In this document: positions 13,322 to 27,347 of the stretch, in pieces
How the letters are laid out: each line of letters opens with the position of its first letter
How positions within the stretch are numbered: position 1 is the first letter of the stretch
Assembly: GCF_964204865.1 (NCBI RefSeq)
Contig: NC_135259.1
Coordinates: 16,802,001 to 16,866,000 of the forward strand
Source: Styela clava
Lineage: Eukaryota
Direction of reading: 5' to 3'
Length of the DNA: 64,000 nucleotides
The notes under the pieces: generated by a model
Database searches by the model: none
What the model was told of the DNA's origin: nothing
What the model saw: only the letters and a program-made list of their open reading frames with translations
Translations under genes and position numbers: made by a program

Positions 13322-15769
13322 CTCTAGAATATTCAGCTAGAAGATTTGTAAAGATTTTGTGCATAGTGATAATACTATGGTACACCGATTACGTATATTA
13401 AATGAGACTTTTCGTCCAAATAACAATGCGCCAGGAGGGAAAAAAAATTAATAGGCATTGTTCTCGTCGCAGGAAATGATTATTAATTGAATCAAACTCA
13501 TAAATTAATAAATCCTGAAACTTAACAGTAGCAGATATTAAACTTTTTGGCGCAGTACCTATCAAAAAATAAACAACAATTGAAAATATTTGGATAGTGA
13601 GTGTTTACTATTTAATTAATATCTCCTAGACACCAATGCTTCCTTTAACTGGCATTTTTTTTTATCTTCAGTCTCTGAAAAGAAATTGATTTGAATATTT
13701 CAATGTTTACTGCTATTTATATTGTTATGTTAGTAACCAAATCCAAAATACGCCAGGCATCAATAATATTTAATCTTGCATGCAAATTTTTGAATCCAGC
13801 CGTAGATTTTAGCATTAAGTTTATCTTTTGCGCATTTGCACTCATTTTTGTTCTTGTATAAATTTGCGACTGTGTACTATGTGTACATCCACAAAATATC
13901 TGCGTTTCAGACTAAATTTCATTTATTCATTTTAATCATACTTGATTTGGGATTACTTTTCACATACTACAATTTTATGCAATACCCTATAAAGTAAAGA
14001 AGCCGTCAAAGACGAATAAATTATAAATATAGCTCTAAAATGACCTAGTGATAACAAATGTTTCTGAGTGCTCAATAAATGTCAATACCTTCGTTTTACA
14101 AGTTGATTGGCTTTTTTTACCTCAATTACAAGTAATTTCCGGCTGCAAAAACACTGTTTGTTATTGAGAAAATCGACAATTTGCCGCCTTGGTGCAATGA
14201 TAGTTGAAATTGCTTCCGATTAGTAAGATTTTCAATTATTACATTGCATATTTTTTATATAGAAAGAGTGAATCATAGGAAAGCAATATATTCTGTAAGT
14301 ATTGTCATTCATTGCATATATACGCATATGCATGATAGTGTGCATTATTGGATTAGTACCATAAACCATATCCAACGCGTAGTCAGGTAAAATACATGTT
14401 TTTTAGTGCATGAATGCTTCCATCTAGAGTTGCGTGAGTGTGAAAAAAGACTATACCTAACCAAATTATTTAAATTTTGTGTTTCCAGTTTTATAAGTCT
14501 CGAGAATCTTTTATTATAAATATTAATTTGTCGCAATTAATTGTACAATTAGCACGATTGATTTTGATTGTACCGCGGCAATTTTGAGCCCATTTCTTGT
14601 ACCCAAAGCAACAATCGCCCATTACCATCAAAAACAATAGGAAATTACATCAAATATTTCAATAAAATTTTATTTGAATCAAAGGCATCATCCAATGTTT
14701 TCTTTTTAACTTTATCAATATCAATCACCAAAACTGCCCCAAAAAACCAACCATACCAAAAATGAGTATAATTCATTAAATATATTTTGACTAAATGACA
14801 AAATTCCAAATGTAAACGACAAACTGATGAATTATTGAGAGCGTCATCCTCGTTTCCAAAAAATTCTCAAAATTAATAATAACATTAGAGATGTGTGCCT
14901 TTAAAAGTTAAAACAGAATAGAAATACATTCATAAAAATATTTTCTTTAGCAGACTTCACAATATCACACAACGCGTCAAGTCAAGTTAATTCAAAAAAT
15001 AAATATCAGTTTCCTTTTTGCACTGGTGTGTTAACATGCTCATATGAAGGAGATCAGTATCTATTCCATCTGCATAAATTGTAACGATCTTGAATATCGT
15101 CTTTTCCAGTTTGGATTTTTATTGGAAGAAAAAAAACTGCTACCAAAATATTCAGTTTTAAAACTTGTCAAAAATAGAAAAATTATAAACAATTGCATTA
15201 AAAAGTATATACAAATATTTATATATATATTACAAGTGATTTTTCTACAAGAATTGTCAAAGTTTTCTGTTTGTCTTGTAGGGTCTGAAGCACGCGATTG
15301 TATCTTTGATGCAAGTTTAAAGTGATTCAGTTAAAATCAATAAAACTTTTGATTATCTGAATGTTAATATTATTTAGACCACAATGTGTTTGTCACATCG
15401 AAAAGTATTCCTCAGAAAGAGGTTCTGAATACCAAACAGACAGTTCGTTTGTCAAATTATTTGATATTGAAATATTTTTTAAAACGTTAAGACATCTTAG
15501 ATCACAATATGAAACAATGGTTTAGGAATAAAATCGAACAATATTTTCATATAACGAATGTTCATGAACATTATGCATTACGTGGTATTATAAATGATGA
15601 AATGAAATAATAACGTGAATTGTCAATTTCATTAGAAAAACTATTTTTTTCAATGCCTTCACATTTCCCTATCGTCATAGTGTTAATCAATGAAATCTCA
15701 GTAATAAACAATACTTGAAAATACAATCAAGAAAAGTTTTGTGAAACGAAATTTTGATTAAAAAATATA

Positions 15770-17916
15770 TTATTCAAATTCCCTTTCGCAAACAAAACGA
15801 TTGACAGCTGAACAGGCTACATCATTACCAACAATCTTTGTATTATAGAATATTATTACGCAGTTTTCGGATGAACCCCCGTTAGGTTCCCCCGATGCCC
15901 ATATTGCACTTGGCGATCCATTAACATCATCCGACCAAACCCAAATTCCTTCGTGGCTGATGTCGTCCAATCCAATCCATGATCCTCTGGTTAAGTAATG
16001 TTTCGGAAATATTTCACTGGATGGAAAACAAAATATTACACATCGAGTTATTGTTTGTAGTGAAATTACCATATCAATTGATTGCGTTTAGAAATACCAG
16101 TTCTTGAGTATCTTCAACTGGCGATATCCAGAGAGGTTAATCTTGGAGTCAAAATTGATGACCAAAAAATTCCAGTAATTGTTTCAAATTATGTTAACGT
16201 CTCACATAATACGCTAACTTACTTTTTTACTTGGTTGTTCCTCATCCCAGTTGATACCAAACGAGCTCCCAATCTTTCACATTGAGCCTTTGCAGTAGCG
16301 TAGTTGACAGAATAAGTGAAACGTTTGTAAATGAGATTATTGCTTGCTCTGAACCATCCGGATATCGAAAACATTTTGTTCATCCTCGAATTTGCTTCAG
16401 TCAGGTTTGCGTTCTGTAAAGCAAACTGAGTTATAAATATAACTAAATTTGTTTTCATGTTACCGATGCAACTATAACTAGATGCAACATAAACAATAAT
16501 AGATTTTTTATGCGTATTGTACAAAAATAATATTCATATTTATATAAAAAATTATAGAAAGCAAATCTATTTGATCCCTGTTTCTTAAACTCACCAATTT
16601 GGTATCTCCAATCAATATTTTGGAGTCGAGTTGGCTCACTTCATTCTTCATATTTTTCAACTCATCTTTTATACTTGAAGATGCTGAAAATTTATCAAAA
16701 ACATAAAATTATGCAACTAATCACATTTTTTAGATCTAACGCAGTAATATTTTTACACAGAATCTTAACATAATATACTTTGATACTGAAGCGTTAGAGA
16801 AATCAGGTGACCAACTTACCTTATCAATTAAATTTTGTTTTTATATTTTATGTTTCGTTTTTACTCCGATAAACTAAGTTAAACTTGATAAAACAAAGAT
16901 TCGATGAAAAGTTGAAATAAAATATAAAATATGAACTTACTTTATTGTGGTTTCTAGGGAACTTTTATAAAGAAAGTATTGAAATGTGTTGCCGGTTTTT
17001 CAAATGATTCGACTCAGTTATAAGTTTAATAATATAAACTTAACATTTTGTGTTTCATTCGAAATCTTCGCAAGGGACGAATTGAACTGAGTTGTCAATT
17101 TTTCCAAAGTTTTCACTTGTTTTTAAATTTGAAAAAACTAAATCATGCTTATATATAATTGGCATTTTTTGACTAAAATCAATATATCATACTTTTTTGA
17201 GTGTCGTTTATTTTGATGGCGAGAGATGAATCAATCTCACTAAATTTGTCCAATTTTTCTTTCATTCCATTCATCTCGTTCTGGAGCTTATAATAAATTT
17301 TAACATTTCAGATGAACGAATTATTACAAAAATAGGAAAAAATATATTTTTGTACAATGCGCATATTTTTCTTTGATTTTATTATATAGAACACTAGAGT
17401 AAGTTTAATTTTCACTAAGTTTACTAATTAACTTCATTAAGTTTACTAATTAACCTGCATAAACAGGATAAATGCAGCAACCGACACTAGGACGCAGATT
17501 CCTAATGATATCGCTAGAACAATCAGAGTTTTCTTGTTTGTAGCTTTATTGTTGTCTGTGGAAAAAAAACGTCTATAAAAGGAATTTCAAAACAGAGATT
17601 TCCTAAGATAAAAAAAATATTTTCTGTTCTATTCTATGTCAAAATAAGGCAAACACAAATTGTTGCGACATTGATGTAAAATAGCTGATTTCATATGGAT
17701 AAAATAGGTTATTTTCATTTTTAAAAGCCTGAGAGGTTTCACCATGCCTGTTTACTCTTGTATTATATTTTTTAATTTTTCTTGTTATAGTACAAATTAG
17801 AATTTGAGTTTAATCAAACACAAACCTTGTTTAGGATCTGCAGGTGGCCTTGAAACAGTCGAGGAGATTTCATATACATTTTCACTTTGACCATTTACAT
17901 AACATCCCATCTCCAT
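15770..17916 (-). CDS. G3: type II TM C-type lectin receptor, about 270 aa, EPN/GND
   Basis: Exons 17916-17826 (MEMGCYVNGQSENVYEISS...), 17555-17455 (TM), 17286-17193, 16683-16595, 16413-16223 and 16016-15770; total 813 nt, open frame. Confidence 0.82.
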
Positions 17917-19508
17917 GTTACCACTTTATGAAATGATCTTCTTCTCAACTGAACGTAGTGTTGCTATCGATAGCCCTTTTATAGACTACAACATGGCAAT
18001 AAAATTAGTCAACTTTTACACGCAAACAATTAGGCAAATCGTGTGGAAATAATGAAATAATAATGACATAGAACATATATGTATATACAGTTTATGGCCG
18101 TGCATATTTCAAACTAACTGAAAACTTTATTTGTTTTAATATTAATGATTCTGTAAATCAATATTATCAATGCATTAAAGGTGGGAGACGAAACCTCTAT
18201 TTTGCGGTAAGCCATAAGAATTAGTTACAGAATATTTGACACATTACTTCCTTGATACTCAAGCTAATACATGTTTTTGAATGGCCAATGCTTGTATTAA
18301 GTATATCATGATATAAATAAGATTTTTTAATTCACATTTCACATTTTAATATATTTACATTGAGACGTATGCGGATTGACTAAGTGACGTACATGATATG
18401 AAAATCTCAATTGATTCACTATACATCAATCATATTTCAAACATACTAATTAGGTCACAGCGAGGAAATATTTTGAATTTCACTCTCCTGCTAGTAAAAT
18501 TATTGAATGGTTCTGAATTGAAGATTATTAAAATTAAAATGCACATAGCATATGTTATCTTACGTGCCATTTGATGGTTATATCATAAAGATCATAGTTC
18601 AATAGTGATATGTTTAAAATATGATTTAAAGTATGATTTAGCTTCAACACAAGCAATATTTTTTGAGCTCTCGATAGATTGTTTAACCTCGATACACAAC
18701 GGTTGGTTTTTCACTTTTTCTAACTTGCCGACAAGATTGTTTTCGCCTAAATAGCAATAGATCTGGGGATTAATTCAATATGTTCAACAATCCAAACCTA
18801 ATAAAACGAACAATTTCAAAATGTTTGACGCAGTATACCACGCATGGAGAATGAAATGAAAAATATTCAATATTTGATTGCTCTGACCCTACTAATCTAA
18901 TCTATGTGATTGAACTGATTGTGATGTGATTGACGTGTATTGTAGCATGTGAGGTTTGTGAAAAAGGAAAGAGGTCCGTCACATTGTCATTCTGAAGATG
19001 TCTATATCTAATTATGTTGTATAAAATGATAATCATGAAATATAATAGGAAAATATATGCAGTTAAATATGTAAATGTAAACAGTTATTCATTCATATTT
19101 GCAGTCACAATATACATAAGGCATTGGGTATTTTAAACGAGTATTGATTTAAATATCGAGGAAGTAATGCGTCACATATACTGTAACTGGTTGTGTTCTT
19201 TCATGGCCAACCATTGATGGTGTATTAGTTATCTGGAATTTACATACTCCGAAAATATACCTTATTAAGGTATAATTTATAACAGATATTGAAATTTGTC
19301 ATTTGCACTGTCATATAACCAAGGGTATATATTGCTTTGTGTCATTACGGTTTTGCCACCTACTGATGATAATAATGATAACAATTTTATTTGACTTGAA
19401 ATGTTAGCTGATTAATTAATTTTAGCTGCTAATGCTCTTTAAAAGGGTTATCGGCACCAAGACTTCGCATTTGAAAAGCAGAACATTTTAAAGCGCGTTA
19501 CTATTGAG

Positions 19509-19593
19509 ATGGAATGTTATGCAAATTTTCAGAGTCAAAATATATATGAAACCGCTCAGACTGCTTCAGAGTCACAAACGATTCCTAAACAAG
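19509..19593 (+). pseudogene. Exon-1-only relic of a lectin gene (head-to-head partner of G3)
   Basis: MECYANFQSQNIYETAQTASESQTIPKQ with intact donor and the start of intron 1. Sequence then jumps to 3'-flank-type DNA at about 19760. Confidence 0.8.
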
Positions 19594-20205
19594 GTTTGTG
19601 TTTTATTTTATTTACTCAACATTTAAATTGTTAAACTACAATAGAAAAACTAGATATAATATGTAAACACGAATCGTAACACAGTATGTTCCATGCTTTG
19701 CATTTAAGGGGAAATCAATGTTGTAACCCTTTCCTAATCATTATTATTATTAATTTTATAATAAATATATTCTGAGTTTGATCTGTAACACTGTAATTTT
19801 TTATTGAAATTTCACTATTAGATTACAATGCGATTTTAAAGTTATCAATGCTCCTAAACCAACCTATTTCAAACATTCTGATCAAATTTTCTTAAACTCA
19901 AAAGAGTTGTCTCGCTTTTTGATGAGTTTTGTGTTTTCTCTTTATATTTAGTATTTCATTTCAGTACTTTTTAAATTTCAGATTAAAATTTAGAAGACTT
20001 CACAGTGAATAAATAAATTTTATTGATATCGTCATGCTTCTAGCTTAAAAGAGAATCCAGAATACTCATCTAAAAGATTTTTATAAATTTTTTGGCATAG
20101 TGAATAGTCCTTTTTTGAACATTTTTCCGTTTTTGGTGTGGTTAAATATATATAAATATTGGATGACACTTTAATTTTACAATATTTCTATACTGAGTTA
20201 ATAAT

Positions 20206-20260
20206 GAGGGGTTTCATATACCTTTTGACTTTGAACATTCGCTCAGCATTCCATCTCCAT
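20206..20260 (-). pseudogene. Truncated exon-1 relic (head-to-head partner of G4)
   Basis: Reverse complement is ATGGAGATGGAATGCTGAGCGAAT...GTATATGAAACCCC, with a stop at the first Tyr codon. Confidence 0.7.
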
Positions 20261-21213
20261 ATTATCGCTTTAATGAAATGTTTTGCCGTCTAAATGCACG
20301 TCTCAGTGCCGATAACTATTTTTATAAAGAATCAGCAGAAACTCAATAATTTTAGTTAGCTAAACAGGCCAACATTGAAATAAACACGCGCATAATAATT
20401 TTTGTTGCTAATCTTCCAATAAAAGTGGGTTGCTAAACCAACATGACGATATAAAACAATATACAGTATATTATCAGTTAAGTGAATATGATAAACTAAC
20501 GGATAACTTTATCCGATTTGTAAATTCATACAATTAATGATAAAAGGTTGGCTCCGAAATGAGTGTTTTGCGGTAAGCCGAATGAACTAGTGATGAAATA
20601 TATGACGTATTACTTCCTTGATGTTTAAATTACTTTGAATACAAATCTGAACGAAGTGACTTAACTGTGTTTGATGAGTATTGAAGCAATTGAGGTTTGC
20701 ATAATACGTACGTAAGTTCGTCACTTATTCAACAGGAACACAGTCTATATCTAAGTACTTTATATTGTATAAAATGATATTCATAAAAATATAATATGAA
20801 AAATATATGCCTAACTGTTATGCATTCAAATTTTTTAAATACAAAATTCACGAAGTTTCGTTTTTGAAAACACCTATTCATTTAAATATCAAGGAAGTAA
20901 TGCGTCACATTTCTGCCACTATGTCTGTTCTTTCCTGGCCCACCTTCGTTGTTGTATTTTTTATCTGGAATTCACATAATCGAGAATAAATCTTCTTGAG
21001 GCATAGGCTAATTCAAACCAAAAAATGTTGTTTGACGTACACGGTCCACATAATCAAGGGTATACATTGTTTTGTGTCGTTATTGTTTTGCCATCCAATG
21101 ATAATAATAATGAAAATAATTTCATTCGCCTTCAGACGATCACTGCATAATTAATGTTAGCTGCTAATTCTCTATAAAACGAATATCGGCACCAAGACTG
21201 CGCGTTTTAGAAT

Positions 21214-23570
21214 ATGGATATGGAATGTTATGCAAATTTTCATAGTCAAAATATATATGAAACCCCTCAAACTGTTTCAGGGCCACCTGCGTTTCTTAAA
21301 CATGGTTTGTGTTTGATTAAACTTAAATATGAATTTGTAATATAACAAGGAAAAATAAAAAAATAGGATACAAGGGTAAACATGCATGGTAAACCTTCTT
21401 CGGCTTTCAAACATGCAAATATCATTACTTTTCTCCATATGAAATCAGCTATTTTACAGGAATGTTGTAACAAATTTTAATTGCCCTATTTTTACGTAGA
21501 ATAAAAAAATGAGTAATTCCTCATGAAATCACTTTTTCAAATGCCTTTCATCCACGTTTTTATTTTCCACAGACAACAAGGAGGCTACGAACAAGAAAAC
21601 TCTGTTTGTTTTCGCGATATCTTTTGGAATATGCTTCATTGTGTCTGTTGCTGCATTTATTCTGATCATCCAAGTTAGTTAGTAGTGGGAATTAAATTAA
21701 GCCTAATGTTCCATATATTAAAATCAAATAAAAAAATTCGTATCGTACGAAAAGTTGTTAATTCTGTTCAATTTCGTTTTTTGAAATATTCAAATTTATT
21801 TTAAGCTCCATAACAAGATGAATCGTATGAGAGATAAATTGGACAAAATGAGTGAGATCGATTCATCCCTCGCCAGCAATATAAACGACACTCAAAAAAG
21901 TACGATATATTGATTTTAGTCAAAACATGCCAATTGTATATTAGCCTGATCTATTTTATCGAAAATAAAAACAAATGAAAACTTTTGCAATATTGACAAA
22001 GCAAAGATTTCAAATAAAACACAAAAGAGTAGGTTTATATATGTTATTAATGACAAGGCATCGCATTTCAAAAGCTTGGAAACGACATTCAAAAACGAAA
22101 ATTATTTTGAATTTCAATGAAAATTTGCCAATGGCATGCCAATTAAGTTTAACATTTGTTTTACAACTTATAAATAGTCCAGACATTTGAACAATTGGCA
22201 ACGCTTTTTAATTTCTTCATAACAAAATTTCCAAGAAAACACAGAAAAGTAAGTTCATATTTCAGATATTTGAATTTTTGATCAAGTTTTTGCTTCAGAA
22301 GGCTTAACATGGTTTATCGAAGTAAAAACAAAACATGAAATTAAAAAATATATATTAATGAAAAAGTAAGCTTGTCACCTGCCTTCTCTGATGCTTCAGA
22401 ATCAGAATAAATTATATTGGAATCATTCGTAAAAACTTACTGCGTGCGATCTAAACCTGTGATTAGTCAACATTTTTTATGTTTTCAAATAAATTAATAA
22501 ATTTTCAGTTACTTCAAGTATAAAACATGAGTTGAAAAATATGAAGAATGGATTGAGCCAACTTGACTCCAAAATATTGATTGGAGATAACAATTTGGTG
22601 AGTTTGAGCAACAAGGAACTATTTCCTTTGTCTATCTATAATTTTCTTTAGTATGAATTATAAAAGTATATGAATATTATTTTTGCACAATAAACGTAAA
22701 AAACGAACATATTGTTGTTTATGTTGCATCTAGTTATACAGAAACATGTAAAAACACAATGTTTCAGGGTTATTTTAAACTTAGTTTGCTTTACAGAAAG
22801 CAAACGTGACTGAAGCAAATTTGAGGATGAACAAAATGTTTTCGATATCCGGATGGTTCAGAGCAAGCAATAATCTCATTTACAAGCGTTTCACTGATTT
22901 TGTCAACTACGCTACTGCAAAGGCTCAATGTGAAGAAATGGGAGCTCGTTTGGTTTCAACTGGAATTAGGAACAACCAAGTGAAAAAGTAAGTTAGTGAC
23001 TTGTGTTAGAAACGTTAACACTCTTCTTTTACTTTCAGTACTTTCAGTTAGATCCAGCAGTATCTATAGGTTTCTACAGTACAAATGAAATGTATTTTTA
23101 AATGTTGTTGTTATTGACGTAAAAGCCACTATTTACCTCACTCACTACTAGTTAATATATCTTGTCAGTATGGAAATTAATTACCAAAAACTCATTTCAA
23201 ATTTGTTCACAATATTTTTTGGCACTTTGTAACATGTTTTCATTTCTTGCACATGTGAGCTGTAATATGTAAATATGGCTATAAATGAAGCTTTAACTTT
23301 CAGTAAATAATAATTCTGCATCTTCTTAGTGAAATATTCCCGAAACATTACCTAACTGGAGCGTATGCATGGATAGGATTGGACGACATAAGCAAGGAAG
23401 GAATTTGGGTTTGGTCGGATGGAGGAAATGAATCAACAAGCGCAATATGGGAATCGTCACAACCAAACGGGGGCAGAAGCGAAAACTGTGCAGTAATCAT
23501 ATTGCCTGGTGCTCTTGATATTGCGTGCTCTGTAGTCCAAAGATTTGTTTGCGAAAGGGAATTTGCATGA
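21214..23570 (+). CDS. G4: type II TM C-type lectin receptor, about 268 aa, QPN/ALD
   Basis: Exons 21214-21304 (MDMECYANFHSQNIYETPQ...), 21573-21673, 21806-21899, 22509-22597, 22797-22987 and 23330-23570; total 807 nt, open frame. Confidence 0.82.
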
Positions 23571-25062
23571 CGTTTTTCGTATCACTGAATGATATTTTTA
23601 AATTTAATTCTAAATTAATTTCTGATATTGCAATTTAATTTCCTGTCTGTTTATGAGTGAAGAAAAATAAACCCTATAGAATTGTCTGACTTATAGTTTA
23701 AAACATTCTGCCCAATATAATATTTATTTTTGTCTTTATAAATGCTTTTCTAATTTATTGTTTCTGATTTGAGACCACAAAATTATACTTTTGCCGTCAA
23801 CAGTATTGAAACGTACAGTGAAAATTAAAATTGAAAGCATAGGGAATCTTTTCAAATTTGAATTTTCCAATAGCATTGGTTAAAATTGAGTTAATTCAAT
23901 CTAAAAAATGTAGAAATTATTTTTCGGAATTAGGTTAGGTATTTTAACATTTTAACAATGTGAGGCTCCTTACTTCAAATTGAATTTTACACAAACAGTC
24001 ATATATGGAAATTAGCTATACGTTGTGCTACGAACTGGTTTATTGTGCAATCTACATTTTATTTGATGATGCTTTTTATGTGATAAACGCTATGATGACA
24101 TTCATTTAAAATGCCAATGAAAATCAAATTGTGTCCACCTACAAGGAATACTTGTCATAACTTTTATGGAGTGTCGAACTTTTGAACATTTATATTTATG
24201 CATCAAAGTCGATCCAAATTCTATGTGACGGGGTGAAATGATGTTAACTCTACTGAAATAAACCTATAAATATAATCTATGTATAATTTTGTATTACTGT
24301 TTTCTGCAAATTTATGTGGGAGTTTTTATATTAACACCTCGAATATTTTTATAAAAGTTTTTAACCTTCGTATGTGGTTATGAAATGTGATGAAAATCCC
24401 CGAAAGCTAATAGAATGTAGATGATAAGTTTTACGTTAAGAATTTCATCTACGTTCACATGCAATCAATAAATTATCATGGAAATGTTTCTTCATTTTGC
24501 ATTTTGAAATATACTGATGATTCGAAAAATAATTTGATCAATCATCCAGTTTTAATTAGTGTGATAAGTCTTTTTCGAACACTTTAATTTTGGGTTATTC
24601 AAACTATGAATAAATTTTGCAGTCATATTTACATTTGTGAAATTCTTTCATAATTAAAAATTAAAGTTTTTTTTGTCAAGACCAGGGCGAATGTGTAGCA
24701 TGGAGGAATCATGTGCATGTGATATAAAAATTTAATACTGCTTTACCACAAAATGTAATTGAGCCAAGATGGCCCAGGATTTTCACATGTGCGACCTTCC
24801 CTGCTTAAAGATTAATGTGAACTGTTACTTATAATCGGAATTCCTAAATTTATGAATAACATCAATAACATTATGACATACGTCATAATACATATATCAT
24901 ACATAATACACACAGTTCCACCGACACAAAATCTTAAAGGATAGATAAGCAAAAACGAAATCAATAGCGAAAGTAAAATTTCATGAATTGCTATTTAATA
25001 ACCTGATAAATTTGCTACGAAAGAAATTTTAAGAGTTTCTTACAATTTTTTTTTTCATTAAG

Positions 25063-25135
25063 TGAAATATTTTCGGTACATTCCCTAGCCGGAACTAGTG
25101 CAAGGATAGGATTGGATGATATACATTAGCAATAA
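25063..25135 (+). pseudogene. Orphan CTLD-B exon fragment
   Basis: ag|TGAAATATTTTCGGTACATTCC...GGATAGGATTGGATGA. Occupies the same position relative to G4 as the 2937 relic does to G1. Confidence 0.7.
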
Positions 25136-27347
25136 AAGTTCATAAATCCCAGGAAATAAGCGAGTCAAAGTTATACGGGACTTTTATTAACCTAGTGAAA
25201 CAGTAAGGTCTGTGTGCATTAATACGTTCGTAACAGCATCGTAATATATTAGGATAAAAAATTATTAATTGAACTTCGCAGTTTATCACACCGCGTTGGC
25301 CAAACTAAAAATATATATATTTAGTTTAATTTGAATTATTACTTTCCACTCAGAGATGTTTCCAATTTTGCAGGACAGAAGTCAGTTTAGTCTCATATAT
25401 TCAACTTGGGCTTCTATACTCGCGTTGAAAAAATATATTCAGAAGCATCAATGATCCTGTAATTGAATTTTCGATGCATGAATGACTAATGCAGTGGTGA
25501 AGTATGAAATACCATTGTATAATATGTAAATAAATCGCGGTTTTCCGTCGATATGCCATTGCTCCAAGGGGGCAAAGTGATGTTCTTTTTTTATAGACAA
25601 CGTGAAGCTGATATTTGATATATAACTGTTTAACTAAACACAAAACTGAAAAAACGCAATGATCGATCTTTCTTGCGCGATACACAAATCAAATAGAAAG
25701 TAATATAAAATAGCGGAATATTAACAGTCTACTGATGAATTAATTTATCTTCCACATGCATATTCTCATATATGCAAACTGACATCATATATGCAAAAAT
25801 ATTTATATGTCAGAGTACCCAATGTTATAGAACAGGTTGGTCTTTTTTAGTTTTTTTTAAATGAATAATACAAAAGCCTTCACCGTGTTGCTTTTTATTA
25901 TACTTTTGGTTGCCTTTAGTATAAAAGATGGTATATTTAAATATAAATAAATTGGTCATCTATGACATTTGAAGCCAGTCGTAGAATTTGACATTGATTT
26001 CCTCCAATGGGTATGTGTACTCATTATCACCTGCAAATGTTTGCGTTTCAGACAAAAATCCATTTCTTTATTTTAATTATATTTTAACTTGGGGTTGGTA
26101 CTTATGATCTTGTTTGTGCACACGTCTCCGAAGTAAACAAATCTTCAATGTTATTTACCGTAGTATGTTGGATCACTATTTGAAGATTTCAAAAATTAAA
26201 TTGCCAAATTTTATTTAAAATGAACTGATTTACGTCTCTGCGGGTGCGTGTTAAGTTTGATAGCAATGATCAAAAATATATGTTTATTTATTTAAGCTTC
26301 AAATCAAGATTGCAAATTGCCAACCCCTGAGCTATCACGTTGGTATAGTTGAACTGAATCACTGGCTTTTTCAGCTGGTGTAATGAAATGTCGCCTATTA
26401 GCATAATATTGGTACAACTAACATATTTTAGTTAAATATCGGGTCTCGTAGGACTATGTGGAAATTTGGGAAATATTGCATAAATCAGCTTTCGAGTGAA
26501 ACCAAGCGCATTTATGTACTGAAAATGTAAAATAGATCAGTGTATTAATCGTGGCAAAAAGATTTTTATTCCTCAAAACATCAATCTCACTTCACCATAA
26601 CAAGACAAACAAAAACAACAGAAACAGCGACGACGACTAGAATTCAACAAATTGATCGATCGGCACAGATCCGACTAAGCTGTGGAGTGTACAGGAATGA
26701 ATGAATCCACGAAAAATAAAATTGAGAATAATAAATAGTTGCAGGATGTATGCTATACTCAACAATGTAAATTGAGCTGTATTCAAATATTTGGCAATGT
26801 ACTGCATAATGAAATGCTGTTCGGAATCTAAATATAGATTTAGATTGTATAAACCAAATAGACATTCATTTAAATATTGAGTCACTATTTATTTTTCACT
26901 GCTACGCTAGGTTCATCGGAATTACCAATGCAATAGTTGACTTTTGAATATTGCGTCATATCATTTGTCACTTTCTCTCATATTACACTGTTATTATAAA
27001 CCAGTGATATTGCTTCCCACTCCTTATGTATATCTGATTAGGCTTGTTGGAGATATGAAGTAATAATTTAAATTGAATGGCGTAGTTCACCATATAGACT
27101 ACCTGGTCCACCTACATATTTTCCTTATTAACCAAGAAACTTTTTCATAATATTTATTGTGTCTGCGGTTATATTGTTTTATTATATGTGGTTTCGGTAT
27201 AGGTATAGGTGACGAATGTGTATTTGCCTCCCTTTTTTCGTGTAGAGCTGACTTATTCTTCAGAGTTGCTTCTAATTCTCTGTAAAATGGTGATCGGCAC
27301 CATGTCTTTGTGTATTTGAGAAGCAGAACATTCCATAAAGCTAAAAG

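Noticed and set aside
11761-13385. Short ORFs inside the hAT element as a transposase or cargo gene
   Set aside because: No continuous transposase frame; only a C-terminal remnant is recognisable.
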